Source of the DNA: a candidate division FCPU426 bacterium
GTDB lineage: Bacteria > Oederibacteriota > Muellerivitia > Muellerivitales > Muellerivitaceae
Assembly (NCBI GenBank): GCA_963796105.1
Contig: CAWCKJ010000004.1
Location: 288,001 to 352,000 of the forward strand
DNA length: 64,000 nt
Direction of reading: 5' to 3'
Below, in pieces: positions 1 to 8,142 of this stretch (positions are counted from its first letter, which is position 1; each line of letters begins with the position of its first letter). The translations under genes were made by a program, and so were the position numbers. The notes under the pieces were generated by a model. The model worked only from the letters and a program-made list of their open reading frames with translations, searched no databases and had not been told where the DNA came from.

Positions 1-978
1 TTTCATTCCACGGTCTTCTACCTTTGGAAAATGGCGGTGCCTTACCACCTTTCCCCCTTCTACGCTTATCCCCCGGTTTTAGACGAAGAATATTATATGA
101 GCTTGAAATACCTCTTGGCGGTTTTAGGGGTGGCGCTTGTGACGTTCGTTTGTTTTTATTACCGAAAAAAAGCCCCCCACTTGGGATGCGCTTGGGTTTT
201 TTACCTGGTGAGCCTGGCCCCGGTGAGCGGGATCATCCGCATCGGGGGCCACGAGGCGGCGGACCGCTACACCTACCTTTCCAGCCTGGGAATATTCCTG
301 CCCTTGGCGGCCGGCATTGCGTGGCTTTTGGGGAACCGCCCAAAACTCCTGGCCGGGTTCATCCTGGTCTTAACCGTGGCCCTGGGGACCGGGACCGCCG
401 CTCAAATCGGGATTTGGAAGGATTCCGTGACTCTCTGGGAATACGCCACCTCCATTTCCCCTTACGAATCCAAGACCATGCGCCAGCTCCTGGCCCAGGC
501 TTATGACAAGGCTGGGCAAAAGGAAAAGGCCCTCAAGGAATACGACTCGGCCATCGCCATCTTTCCTCCGGATGATATCCCCCTCAACAGCAAAGCCACG
601 GTTCTTTGCGGGATGGGAAGATACCAGGAAGCCATTCCCCTTTTTCAATCCGCCATCCAGGTCAATCCCTGTGGCATCTTGCCCTACACCAACCTTTGGA
701 TCACCTATCAAACGCTTGGCCAATATGAGAATTCCCTGCAAGCGGCCCGGGACGCGGCCCGGCTCCAGCCCGATAGCGCCAGGGCCTATGACCGTTTGGG
801 AATCAGTTACGGGGATTTAAGGAGATTTCCGGAGGCCCGGGAGGCTTTTTTAAAAGCCATGGGACTGGAACCCTGGAACGTGGAAATCCAAAAGCATTGG
901 GAGGCCACCCTTTGGCGGGAAAAGAACCCCAGGAGCTCGGATGAGGATTACCAGCGCGGGTTATTGGGAGGCCCATGA
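1..978 (+). CDS. TMTC-like membrane protein with C-terminal TPR repeats (putative protein O-glycosyltransferase), 5'-partial
   Basis: Frame open from base 1; TM segments; FYLWKM..P..LSPFY, ADRYTYL and W+DSVTLW motifs, then TPR-like repeats. Confidence 0.75.
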   Translation, partial: FHSTVFYLWKMAVPYHLSPFYAYPPVLDEEYYMSLKYLLAVLGVALVTFVCFYYRKKAPHLGCAWVFYLVSLAPVSGIIRIGGHEAADRYTYLSSLGIFLPLAAGIAWLLGNRPKLLAGFILVLTVALGTGTAAQIGIWKDSVTLWEYATSISPYESKTMRQLLAQAYDKAGQKEKALKEYDSAIAIFPPDDIPLNSKATVLCGMGRYQEAIPLFQSAIQVNPCGILPYTNLWITYQTLGQYENSLQAARDAARLQPDSARAYDRLGISYGDLRRFPEAREAFLKAMGLEPWNVEIQKHWEATLWREKNPRSSDEDYQRGLLGGP

Positions 979-1080
979 GGGGTAAACCCGCGGATTCTAA
1001 TGCCGCTTGCGGTCCTAAAGCGTTTTTATAACGTCGTCAAAACCAGTATTCGGGACAAAAGGGATCTTTAAAATATAATT

Positions 1081-2307
1081 TCACCCGACATGAAAACATT
1101 TTCTCACCCATTTATTGGCCGGATTTTCGAAATAATAATACGAAATGGCCGAAATCGCGGTAACTGCCGAGGCAAAAACCACGAAAGCCATGACAATATT
1201 CATCTCTTTTAAAATCGCGTTCAAAAAATAAATAGCCATTATGTGAAATAAGTAATTGCCATAACTAAATTTACCCGGCAGAGAAAATATTTTTAAATAT
1301 TTCGACTCCAAGATGGGCAGGTGAATACCGCCCAAAAGGAACAAGAACATTCCGACGCACAAGAGAGCTGGAACAAATACTCTTACTAGTTTTTCAGCAC
1401 CGCTAAATGTCCCTAAATAAGTTGAAACAAGTGTAATCATTCCGACGCAGAGAAAAGCAAAACAGAACTTCTCATTCTTGCTGAGCCAGGATTGGTAACG
1501 CTTACAGGTCAAATAAAGCAAAGCACCGAAAGCGATTTGGTCAAACGCCCCCGGGCTTAAAACCAGGGAATAAGCGGAGATGTCCGGCCCCCAAAGGTAA
1601 ATCATCACCCTCCAGGCATTTCCAAAGATAATTACGCCCAACAGGAACAATACCAAATTCTTCGTTTTCCCGATATTGATTAGAATCAACGGATAGAAAA
1701 AATAAAATTGTTCCTCCACGGCCAGGGACCAAAAGAGCGACCAATGAACCCCTATCCCTTTCCATGGCGCCGTTTGAAACACGCTTGACCAATTAAAATA
1801 AAACGTGAAAAGTGAAACCCAGAACTTGATATCCGCCGGATTTTCAGGCAGTTTAAAACAGTAAAAATATTTCTTGGATTGAGCGTCAAAAAGCGCCCAC
1901 CAAAAAAACAGCCCCAAGAAAACGCTTAAAAGGAAAAGCGGAATAATACGCCCGACCCTTCTGACATAGAAAGCCTTCAAATCGGGTTTGATCAAACCCC
2001 CGGGGGTTTGATCGATGATCCTCGTGATTAAAAAACCAGAAATTAAAAAAAACATGCAGACTCCATAATTGCCATTCCGCTGAAAATGATCCCAAGCCCA
2101 GCGGAATATAGGGCTTGGCAATGGCAAAGTGGGCTTGAGATGAAGAGCCATCACCACTAGGATGGCCATGGTTCTTGCCAAGTTGATACCTGAATTTTGC
2201 ACCGAGTTTACCGATTCCGTGGCCAGATCGGCCTGAATCGGGACCCGACAGTGGCCATTTTCATCAGAAGTGAACTTATGTGCAAAGAATTTTTTGCACC
2301 AAGCCAC
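1081..2307 (-). CDS. Acyltransferase family 3 (OafA/YrhL-like O-acyltransferase); N-terminus replaced by IS-derived sequence
   Basis: GVCMFFLISGFLI, FYVRRVGRIIP, WSLAVEEQFY, SYGNYLFH and SYYYFENP motifs; codons upstream of 2188 lie inside the IS. Confidence 0.85.
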   Translation of the reverse strand: MAWCKKFFAHKFTSDENGHCRVPIQADLATESVNSVQNSGINLARTMAILVVMALHLKPTLPLPSPIFRWAWDHFQRNGNYGVCMFFLISGFLITRIIDQTPGGLIKPDLKAFYVRRVGRIIPLFLLSVFLGLFFWWALFDAQSKKYFYCFKLPENPADIKFWVSLFTFYFNWSSVFQTAPWKGIGVHWSLFWSLAVEEQFYFFYPLILINIGKTKNLVLFLLGVIIFGNAWRVMIYLWGPDISAYSLVLSPGAFDQIAFGALLYLTCKRYQSWLSKNEKFCFAFLCVGMITLVSTYLGTFSGAEKLVRVFVPALLCVGMFLFLLGGIHLPILESKYLKIFSLPGKFSYGNYLFHIMAIYFLNAILKEMNIVMAFVVFASAVTAISAISYYYFENPANKWVRKCFHVG

Positions 2308-3832
2308 TTCTAGGCCGCCCTGGGTCTTTCCAATCGTTTTCGATCAAGGTATTTGAGGAAACCCAATAGGCCCGCTGTCCTATCATCATGGATTGAATAC
2401 CTCACCACATCCCGATGGCCGTGATACTGGATTCGGGCGGCTACAAAGAGCATCTTCAAACGTGCGATCCGAAGGGTATGGTCCGGCATGGTGATCTGTT
2501 CCTTCTCCTGTGGCTTCTTTCCCGGTCGCTTTTCTTTTCCACAATGGCCCACCATTAGTTTCATCCACCTCCAGAGGTTGTAAGCCAGCATCACGATCTG
2601 GAAAAAAGCATGGTGGCTTTGGAAACTCTTAGAGGGAATTGCTAATAACCCCTCCCGTTGCGCCTCACCAATCAGGTTTTCCACATCCGCGCGCAGGTCG
2701 TATTCCTCAACCACCCGATGGGGTGCTCCCAGACAGTTGGTCGCGAAGATTCGGTAGACATATCCTTCCATTTCAGGAAGGCTCAATTGTTTCTCCCGCG
2801 CTTTTTCATCCAGCGTCCTCATCGCCACAAACCGGACTGGTTGTTGCCAGCCTATGGGTTGATGGACACATTCGTTGTATTCGTGTTCTCCATGGCGGTA
2901 CCAACCCTTTTTCGTGAAAGGCGGGTCATGCCGCTTGTTCCCGAAGATGAAAGAAAACCCTTCTTTTTCACAGGCTTTCACGCTTTCCCAGCCGATCATT
3001 TCACCGTCACCGCGCACCAGAATCGTCCGGACACAGGACGGCAAGAGTCGCCGGAATTGTCTAATTTGGCGGGCCACTTCCTCAGAACTAAGGGTGGTTC
3101 CGCGTCTTTGGGTTCCGCACAAATATTCCCGGGTTTCCTGGAGAAAACACAGAATGGGCCTCAGTCCCTTCTTGCCCCGGTGCTTGGGGTTGTATCCTTT
3201 TCGGCTTCCCTCGATATTTCCGTAGACCGTTGCGGTGGTGGTATCGATGTTGATCTCCACCTTCTTGGGGGCATATTTCACCTGTCCCCAAACCTTGGCC
3301 CGTAACGCCCCACTCAGATTCAGCAACGATGCCGACTGCCCGATCCCCAGCGACCTCAGGTATCTCCAAAAAGTTGTCACTACCGGCAACAAGGGAACCC
3401 GCAGTAAACCGCACAGCATGACCTCACCCCGCAGGTAGGCAAAATGGCCAAGTCTTTGGAACCCGATGAAAAGAAGCATTAGGATGCCGCTTACCATCCG
3501 GTAGTGGCCCAAATTCGGAAGGCGTTTAGGTGCGGCATAGTGTTTTTTGAATTCCCGCTCAAAATCAAGAAGGTCGAACATCTTCGCCAATGCCAACAAT
3601 CCGCCAAAAGCTGTTAGGCGGTCTTCGCAAATACCTACGGGAGTATTGGCCGTAATCTTGGGCGCGATTCTCCCGTTTCGATTGGCTTTTTTCTGGACTT
3701 GCGGGTTTGATTTCTGAGGCGTATCTTGACGTTTCACCATCTGGGGGACCCTCTTTTAGGATGAGTTGGCTTCGCAACCCTTATCCTATAATGGTTTCCT
3801 AGATGGTTTTTTTATTAGGCGCAAAATTCAGG
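2189..3832 (-). mobile_element. IS1380-family insertion sequence, 1644 bp, intact
   Basis: Terminal IRs CCTGAATTTTGCACC (2189-2203) and GGCGCAAAATTCAGG (3818-3832); 5-bp target duplication TGATA at 2184-2188 and 3833-3837. Confidence 0.93.
2310..3740 (-). CDS. IS1380-family DDE transposase
   Basis: 476 aa; LTAFGGL, NIDTT, GYNPKHRG, VRGDGE, Y..RADVENLIGE and LAYNL motifs. Confidence 0.92.
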   Translation of the reverse strand: MVKRQDTPQKSNPQVQKKANRNGRIAPKITANTPVGICEDRLTAFGGLLALAKMFDLLDFEREFKKHYAAPKRLPNLGHYRMVSGILMLLFIGFQRLGHFAYLRGEVMLCGLLRVPLLPVVTTFWRYLRSLGIGQSASLLNLSGALRAKVWGQVKYAPKKVEINIDTTTATVYGNIEGSRKGYNPKHRGKKGLRPILCFLQETREYLCGTQRRGTTLSSEEVARQIRQFRRLLPSCVRTILVRGDGEMIGWESVKACEKEGFSFIFGNKRHDPPFTKKGWYRHGEHEYNECVHQPIGWQQPVRFVAMRTLDEKAREKQLSLPEMEGYVYRIFATNCLGAPHRVVEEYDLRADVENLIGEAQREGLLAIPSKSFQSHHAFFQIVMLAYNLWRWMKLMVGHCGKEKRPGKKPQEKEQITMPDHTLRIARLKMLFVAARIQYHGHRDVVRYSIHDDRTAGLLGFLKYLDRKRLERPRAA

Positions 3833-3878
3833 TGATAGCTTGAATGTTATTAGGTAATGAATTTTTCAGGAAAGTCAT
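3833..3878 (-). pseudogene. Native 5' end (MTFLKNSLPNNIQAI) of the acyltransferase, separated by the IS
   Basis: Removing the IS plus one TSD gives in-frame MTFLKNSLPNNIQAINLARTMAILVVMALH. Confidence 0.8.
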
Positions 3879-3943
3879 ATGAGCTTTCTAAGGAATAAAA
3901 TGGACAGTTTTACTATAGCCTCTCAAATTCTCCTGAATTTTCT

Positions 3944-4528
3944 TCAGACAATAATATCCTTGATGCTCTTGTTGATATTTAAGTCGATCTCCCCGAAGGC
4001 TTCCTCTAAGTCAGCCGGTATGGACTTAAACTTGTTGATCATCTTATGGTCCAAAACCTTGATCCAGTCCGTGATACCGCTCAAAAGCGAATAGGCCTGC
4101 TCGGCCTGCTGTTTCCGGACGAAACCCTCCTGCTCCAATGGCATGAAAACGATCCCGAAAACCGTGGCGGCAGAATCCTTCGCGGCCTTGGCCACCACCG
4201 GAGCCGCTCCGCCTCCCGTCCCCCCGCCCAGGCTCGCGATTAAAAAGACAATCCTGGAACCGGCAAAGACCTTCTTCAATTCATCCACGCGCTGTTCCGC
4301 GCCCAGCCGCGCTTTTTCCAAACTGCCCCCTGCCCCGATTCCGGCACCGGATAGCTGGATCCGGTGAGTGGTATTGGAGCTGTTGAGGGAACTGGCGTCC
4401 GTATCCATGGCCCAGCGCTCGACATTTTTATCGGTTTCAAACTTCATGTTATTGAGGATTTCGCACCCGGCTCCGCCGACGCCGACGATCTTGATTTGGG
4501 CCGAGTTGGTTTGAGGAATCATTGGCAT
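3944..4528 (-). CDS. Short FtsZ/tubulin-family protein, N-terminal GTPase domain only
   Basis: IKIVGVGGAG, DTD, GIGAGG, LGGGTGGGAAPVVAK and P...EG motifs; stops after the H7-equivalent helix; no NxDFAD loop or C-terminal domain. Confidence 0.85.
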   Translation of the reverse strand: MPMIPQTNSAQIKIVGVGGAGCEILNNMKFETDKNVERWAMDTDASSLNSSNTTHRIQLSGAGIGAGGSLEKARLGAEQRVDELKKVFAGSRIVFLIASLGGGTGGGAAPVVAKAAKDSAATVFGIVFMPLEQEGFVRKQQAEQAYSLLSGITDWIKVLDHKMINKFKSIPADLEEAFGEIDLNINKSIKDIIV

Positions 4529-4619
4529 TCTCCCGTGACTTCTCACGCTTATTTGTTCCTAATATAACCCTTGGTTTGCCGCTTTGTGTACTTCCTATGT
4601 ACCTTTTTGAACGGCATGG

Positions 4620-4870
4620 AGGCCGACCTTTCCCCATACCTCTTACGGTTCGAATCCTCTCACTTCAAATAATAAAACCCAGCCTCTCTTTCGGGGGGCT
4701 GGGTTTACAAGGGCGGTGGATACCAACCGCTTCGCTCACAGGGGAAGAAACCCCTGTGTACCCCATCTAACAACCGGGAAACTCCCGTTTCCCGTACCTT
4801 TCCCAAATGTTCGAATCCCTTTCACTACAAATAGTGAAACCCAGCTTCCTTTTGGGGGGCTGGGTTTTAT
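4620..4870. repeat. Two ~161-166 bp tRNA-linked tandem repeat units
   Basis: GTTCGAATCC at 4648 and 4809; AAACCCAGC...GGGGGGCTGGGTTT hairpins at 4674-4706 and 4837-4868; degenerate tRNA 3'-end copy at 4711-4721. Confidence 0.7.
4837..4868. terminator. Intrinsic terminator-like hairpin, originally downstream of tRNA-Gln
   Basis: AAACCCAGC/GCTGGGTTT stem next to the att copy of the tRNA 3' end. Confidence 0.65.
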
Positions 4871-4893
4871 TGGCTGGGGCGGTAGGATTCGAA
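4871..4893. repeat. att site (duplicated 3' end of tRNA-Gln)
   Basis: TGGCTGGGGCGGTAGGATTCGAA, identical to 14294-14316. Confidence 0.95.
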
Positions 4894-5032
4894 GAGTCCA
4901 ACCCGCTCAGACAAATTCTTCTTGAAAGACTTAGATTCATGAGGATTTTAGACCGTATCCATCAACGAAACAAGAACAAGTCCACTATCACTTTATAACG
5001 GTTTAAAACTCATTGTCACTCGTTGAGATGTG

Positions 5033-5055
5033 GAAAAGGTAGACGAAAGGTAGAT
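5033..5055 (+). promoter_or_regulatory. Putative integrase arm-type binding sites
   Basis: GAAAAGGTAGAC GAAAGGTAGAT; same motif twice at 14224-14247. Confidence 0.6.
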
Positions 5056-5098
5056 GATTTCGTAAGAGATATTACCGAGTTGAAGACAAAAAATTAAT

Positions 5099-5437
5099 TC
5101 AGCAGGACCGGAAAAATTTGTTTCGATAGATAAAAACGACCAAGGCCCCAATCGTGACAACGTTTACGATACGCCAAATTTCACGACCTAAATGCGGGGT
5201 AATAATTGGATTGTAAAGAAGCGCTCCAATCCCCAAAAACCATGCCCAGGATTTCTGAATTTTCCCATTTGCGGCAAAAGCCAAGTAACCCAATGTCGGA
5301 CAACAAACCCACCTCAACAAGATGTAATAGCCGTAGGGATCACGGGGGCGAAGCGCATACGCCAACATCAAAATACCAATAATGGACATAGCTTGAAACT
5401 GGGGACCAGTGACATTATTAGAAGAAGTATCCGCCAT
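5099..5437 (-). CDS. Small membrane protein (DUF6804-like)
   Basis: Hydrophobic; PYGYYILLRWV and LYNPI..HL.R.IW motifs. Confidence 0.6.
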   Translation of the reverse strand: MADTSSNNVTGPQFQAMSIIGILMLAYALRPRDPYGYYILLRWVCCPTLGYLAFAANGKIQKSWAWFLGIGALLYNPIITPHLGREIWRIVNVVTIGALVVFIYRNKFFRSC

Positions 5438-5442
5438 GAATT

Positions 5443-6360
5443 TTACTCCCCGGTCTTGGATGGCGTTGCCCAAAAAATATTGCCCTTTTCATCTAACAGT
5501 GTAAGAAAGGGCTCTTTGATTGTACCTAACGCCACACGGTTCGTATGGTTTTCATCAAATAAAACCAACTCTGGCCCAACACTGAAAGCATTTAATTGGA
5601 CTCGATCTAAACCATTGCCGTCAGACAGTTCAAGCATTGAACCTTTATCTTTTATTAAAGTTAACATGGCATTTCTTTTTCCATTTTTTTCATATTGGCT
5701 CAGACTAGGGCGATCATCGTATGTAGTGAGACTTTCAATAGTTTGTCCATTCCCATCTAAAAAGCTTAATCCAGGCCCCTTCTTGAACTCAGCCAGAACG
5801 ACACGCAAATTGCCGTTATCATCTGTCATAACAAGGTTTGGACCTTCGTTGGTCATAAATAGGCCAGCCCTATTAGTACCGTTCTCATCCTCAAGAACGA
5901 TTTTTTTTGCTCTAATTTCATCAAAAGTCTTTTTGGTCGTAGGCTCCTCCCAAATGATTTCTCCACCCTGATCTTGTATAAGCATACGAGAAGAAGACAA
6001 CATAACCATGTTTTTGTCGTTCTCACAAAGATAGAGATGGCTAGAATTAACGTCCACGCCTAACGGTTTCATGCTGTCTACGGATAGCCTAATGATCTCT
6101 TTCGCATTTTCATCCAAAAAAACCAACCTTGGTTCTCCGTCTTTCATACATAAATTGGCACGAGTATTTCCGGTTTCATCCTCAAGAATGAAACTGTTTG
6201 CCCGTATTTCTTTTAGCTGATGTAATGGCGCTGCACCAATTAATCCAATTGTGGCAACCAACAGGGCAGCACCCAATAAGTAACGGTTGAGGCGTTTTGT
6301 TCTTTTAACTTCTTTTTCCAAGGTACTCAAGCGTTCTTCAATCGTCATTTCGCCCTCCAT
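5443..6360 (-). CDS. Hypothetical protein: coiled coil + TM anchor + repeated L.D..G..R..L beta-rich units
   Basis: 305 aa; internal duplication EIRANSFILEDETGNTRANL / EIRAKKIVLEDENGTNRAGL; GGAGG before the second ATG. Confidence 0.7.
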   Translation of the reverse strand: MEGEMTIEERLSTLEKEVKRTKRLNRYLLGAALLVATIGLIGAAPLHQLKEIRANSFILEDETGNTRANLCMKDGEPRLVFLDENAKEIIRLSVDSMKPLGVDVNSSHLYLCENDKNMVMLSSSRMLIQDQGGEIIWEEPTTKKTFDEIRAKKIVLEDENGTNRAGLFMTNEGPNLVMTDDNGNLRVVLAEFKKGPGLSFLDGNGQTIESLTTYDDRPSLSQYEKNGKRNAMLTLIKDKGSMLELSDGNGLDRVQLNAFSVGPELVLFDENHTNRVALGTIKEPFLTLLDEKGNIFWATPSKTGE

Positions 6361-6551
6361 TCAATCTTATAGATAACCACATAAGTAATAGAATGCGCCA
6401 CGCTTTAAATCCATTGATATTTCAGTGTTTCTAGCGTGCGATGCATTCGTTTATTTTTGCAGCTATCTATAAATACTAATTTTGGTCGCTTTATTGGGTT
6501 CAACATTTCCGCTTAGAAAATTACCCATTATCATTGTGATGGTTTAGTCAC

Positions 6552-7004
6552 TCATTGATTTGACTGACCGAGATTGGAAGAATCTAAAGCTTTTGAAAAA
6601 TCTTCAACGACCGCTTCCGTGGTAGTGTAATTACTATTCATTGTAAAAACTTCTTGGCCAGTTTTTACGTCAACAAAAGACAAATCGAGATTTATTTCAT
6701 CTGCTTCAGTTCCAACTCGCCTATAACCCAATAGAAGTCGATAACGAGCCGTCGGGGTGGAAGAAGTTGAATATGAGTTTTGATTAGGCAACCCTGTTGT
6801 TACGCTGTCCCCTCGGTTTGATACATAAACATTCCATCCTTTTTCTCGCAAAACCCTTTTCAACTGGCCAGTCAGGCCCCTTTCCCCCAGGGGAGCAAAA
6901 ACAGTCTTATCAGATGTGTCAATCCGAGAGTACATATTTACGAAAGGCCTACCAGCACAACCAACTGCGAAAAAGGCGATAAAAACAATTGTCATTTTTT
7001 TCAT
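6552..7004 (-). CDS. Hypothetical lipoprotein
   Basis: MKK + hydrophobic core + lipobox AVGC. Confidence 0.7.
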   Translation of the reverse strand: MKKMTIVFIAFFAVGCAGRPFVNMYSRIDTSDKTVFAPLGERGLTGQLKRVLREKGWNVYVSNRGDSVTTGLPNQNSYSTSSTPTARYRLLLGYRRVGTEADEINLDLSFVDVKTGQEVFTMNSNYTTTEAVVEDFSKALDSSNLGQSNQ

Positions 7005-7091
7005 TTTCACATTCCCGAAATCATAATTAACATTCAATTACCCATTATCATGGGTGGTCTTAGTCTAGGGATTTTCATTTAATCCGTAAAT

Positions 7092-7310
7092 ATGAAAGAC
7101 ACCGTTTCAAAAAAGTTTGGAGAAAACCTGCGAAAACTAAGGGCCAAAAAGAGCATTTCACAAGAGAAGCTTGCGGAAATAGCCGATTGCCATCATAACT
7201 TCATCGGTTCCGTTGAGCGGGGGGAACAACAGGCCACCGCCGGTAAAATTCTTCAAATTGCCAAGGCCCTTAATTGCAAAGTCTCCGATCTGTTCAAAGG
7301 GTTGGAATAA
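7092..7310 (+). CDS. XRE-family HTH regulator (C-protein-like)
   Basis: FGENLRKLR..SQEKLAE...IGSVERGE...IAKAL. Confidence 0.88.
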   Translation: MKDTVSKKFGENLRKLRAKKSISQEKLAEIADCHHNFIGSVERGEQQATAGKILQIAKALNCKVSDLFKGLE

Positions 7311-7367
7311 TTCCAAAAAGGCCCTTTAACCCTTTAAATCTTCATCCTCAATTATGCGACTTTTTGG

Positions 7368-7623
7368 GGCACTAAGACACTACCTGGACACTAAATTTTA
7401 AGTTACTGTCCATCTCTAAAAACCTGATTTTAAAAGGTGTTCCCTACTTCTTGGACAGTAAGACACTAATTTTCTTTATCTTGAGAAAAAATAAAATAAA
7501 GAGAGAGTAAGGGTATAAGGCGGGGTATTGGTGGGTAAAAGAGGGTAGAGAGTATCAAAATTAGTGTCTTTAGCGTCCTAGTGTCCAAACGATTAAATTA
7601 AAAGGGTTTTCGACTGGACACCA
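7368..7623. repeat. Iteron-like GGACACTAA repeats; putative replication origin of the element
   Basis: About 10 exact or near copies in direct (7368, 7376, 7386, 7453, 7462, 7616) and inverted (7403, 7561, 7571, 7579) orientation around a purine-rich tract. Confidence 0.7.
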
Positions 7624-8081
7624 TTTTTTTGGTACCGTCCAAGCATCGTCCTAGCCGTCTGATGATTTGCCATTAGATTTATTCGGCCTAATGGGGATTT
7701 TATACCGCTGGTGTAAGGTTGGAAAAAAACCTTTTCTTCCGAATTTCAGGCCCTCCCCCGGTGGCCTACCCCCCTTTTCATTTTGGCAAACCAAAAACAC
7801 AAAGAGCCAATCATCAAAAGTTGAAAGACAAAGACCCGCACTTTCGGAGGGTGTCCCTCCGGTAATGTACCGCATTTTTTTGGACGGCCTTTGACCTTTA
7901 TCGGTTCCGCGAAAAATAACATCTTTGAGTGTCATTGCTTTATTCGAACTGTTTCCGGTTTCGTCATTAATCCCTAAATTTTTGCTTTCTCTAATCCCCG
8001 TTTAGACAAGCAAACCCCAGACGGATCAAGAAAAAAACTTTTAGAATTTTAAAATAATTTAAAAATATTTTTCCTAACCTC

Positions 8082-8121
8082 TTGACCGTATATAATAACT
8101 ATGTTACTATTAACTAAGTTA
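8082..8121 (+). promoter_or_regulatory. Sigma70-like promoter with overlapping tandem palindromic operators
   Basis: TTGACC-17-TACTAT; TAAC-N3-GTTA at 8096-8106 and 8111-8121. Confidence 0.6.
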
Positions 8122-8142
8122 TCATATTATTTCAGGGGGTCC

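Noticed and set aside
3932..3941. CCTGAATTTT as an alternative IS end
   Set aside because: Only 10 bp, oriented away from the element; the true ends are already defined by the TSD
4648..4818. Additional tRNA genes at the GTTCGAATCC motifs
   Set aside because: No acceptor, D or anticodon arms can be formed
5192..5971. 259-aa plus-strand ORF
   Set aside because: Antisense shadow of the 305-aa cargo gene; no motifs
7092..7310. Restriction-modification system implied by the C-protein-like regulator
   Set aside because: No methyltransferase or recognisable nuclease gene in the island
7368..7623. CRISPR array
   Set aside because: Repeats are 8-9 bp, irregularly spaced and in both orientations; no cas genes
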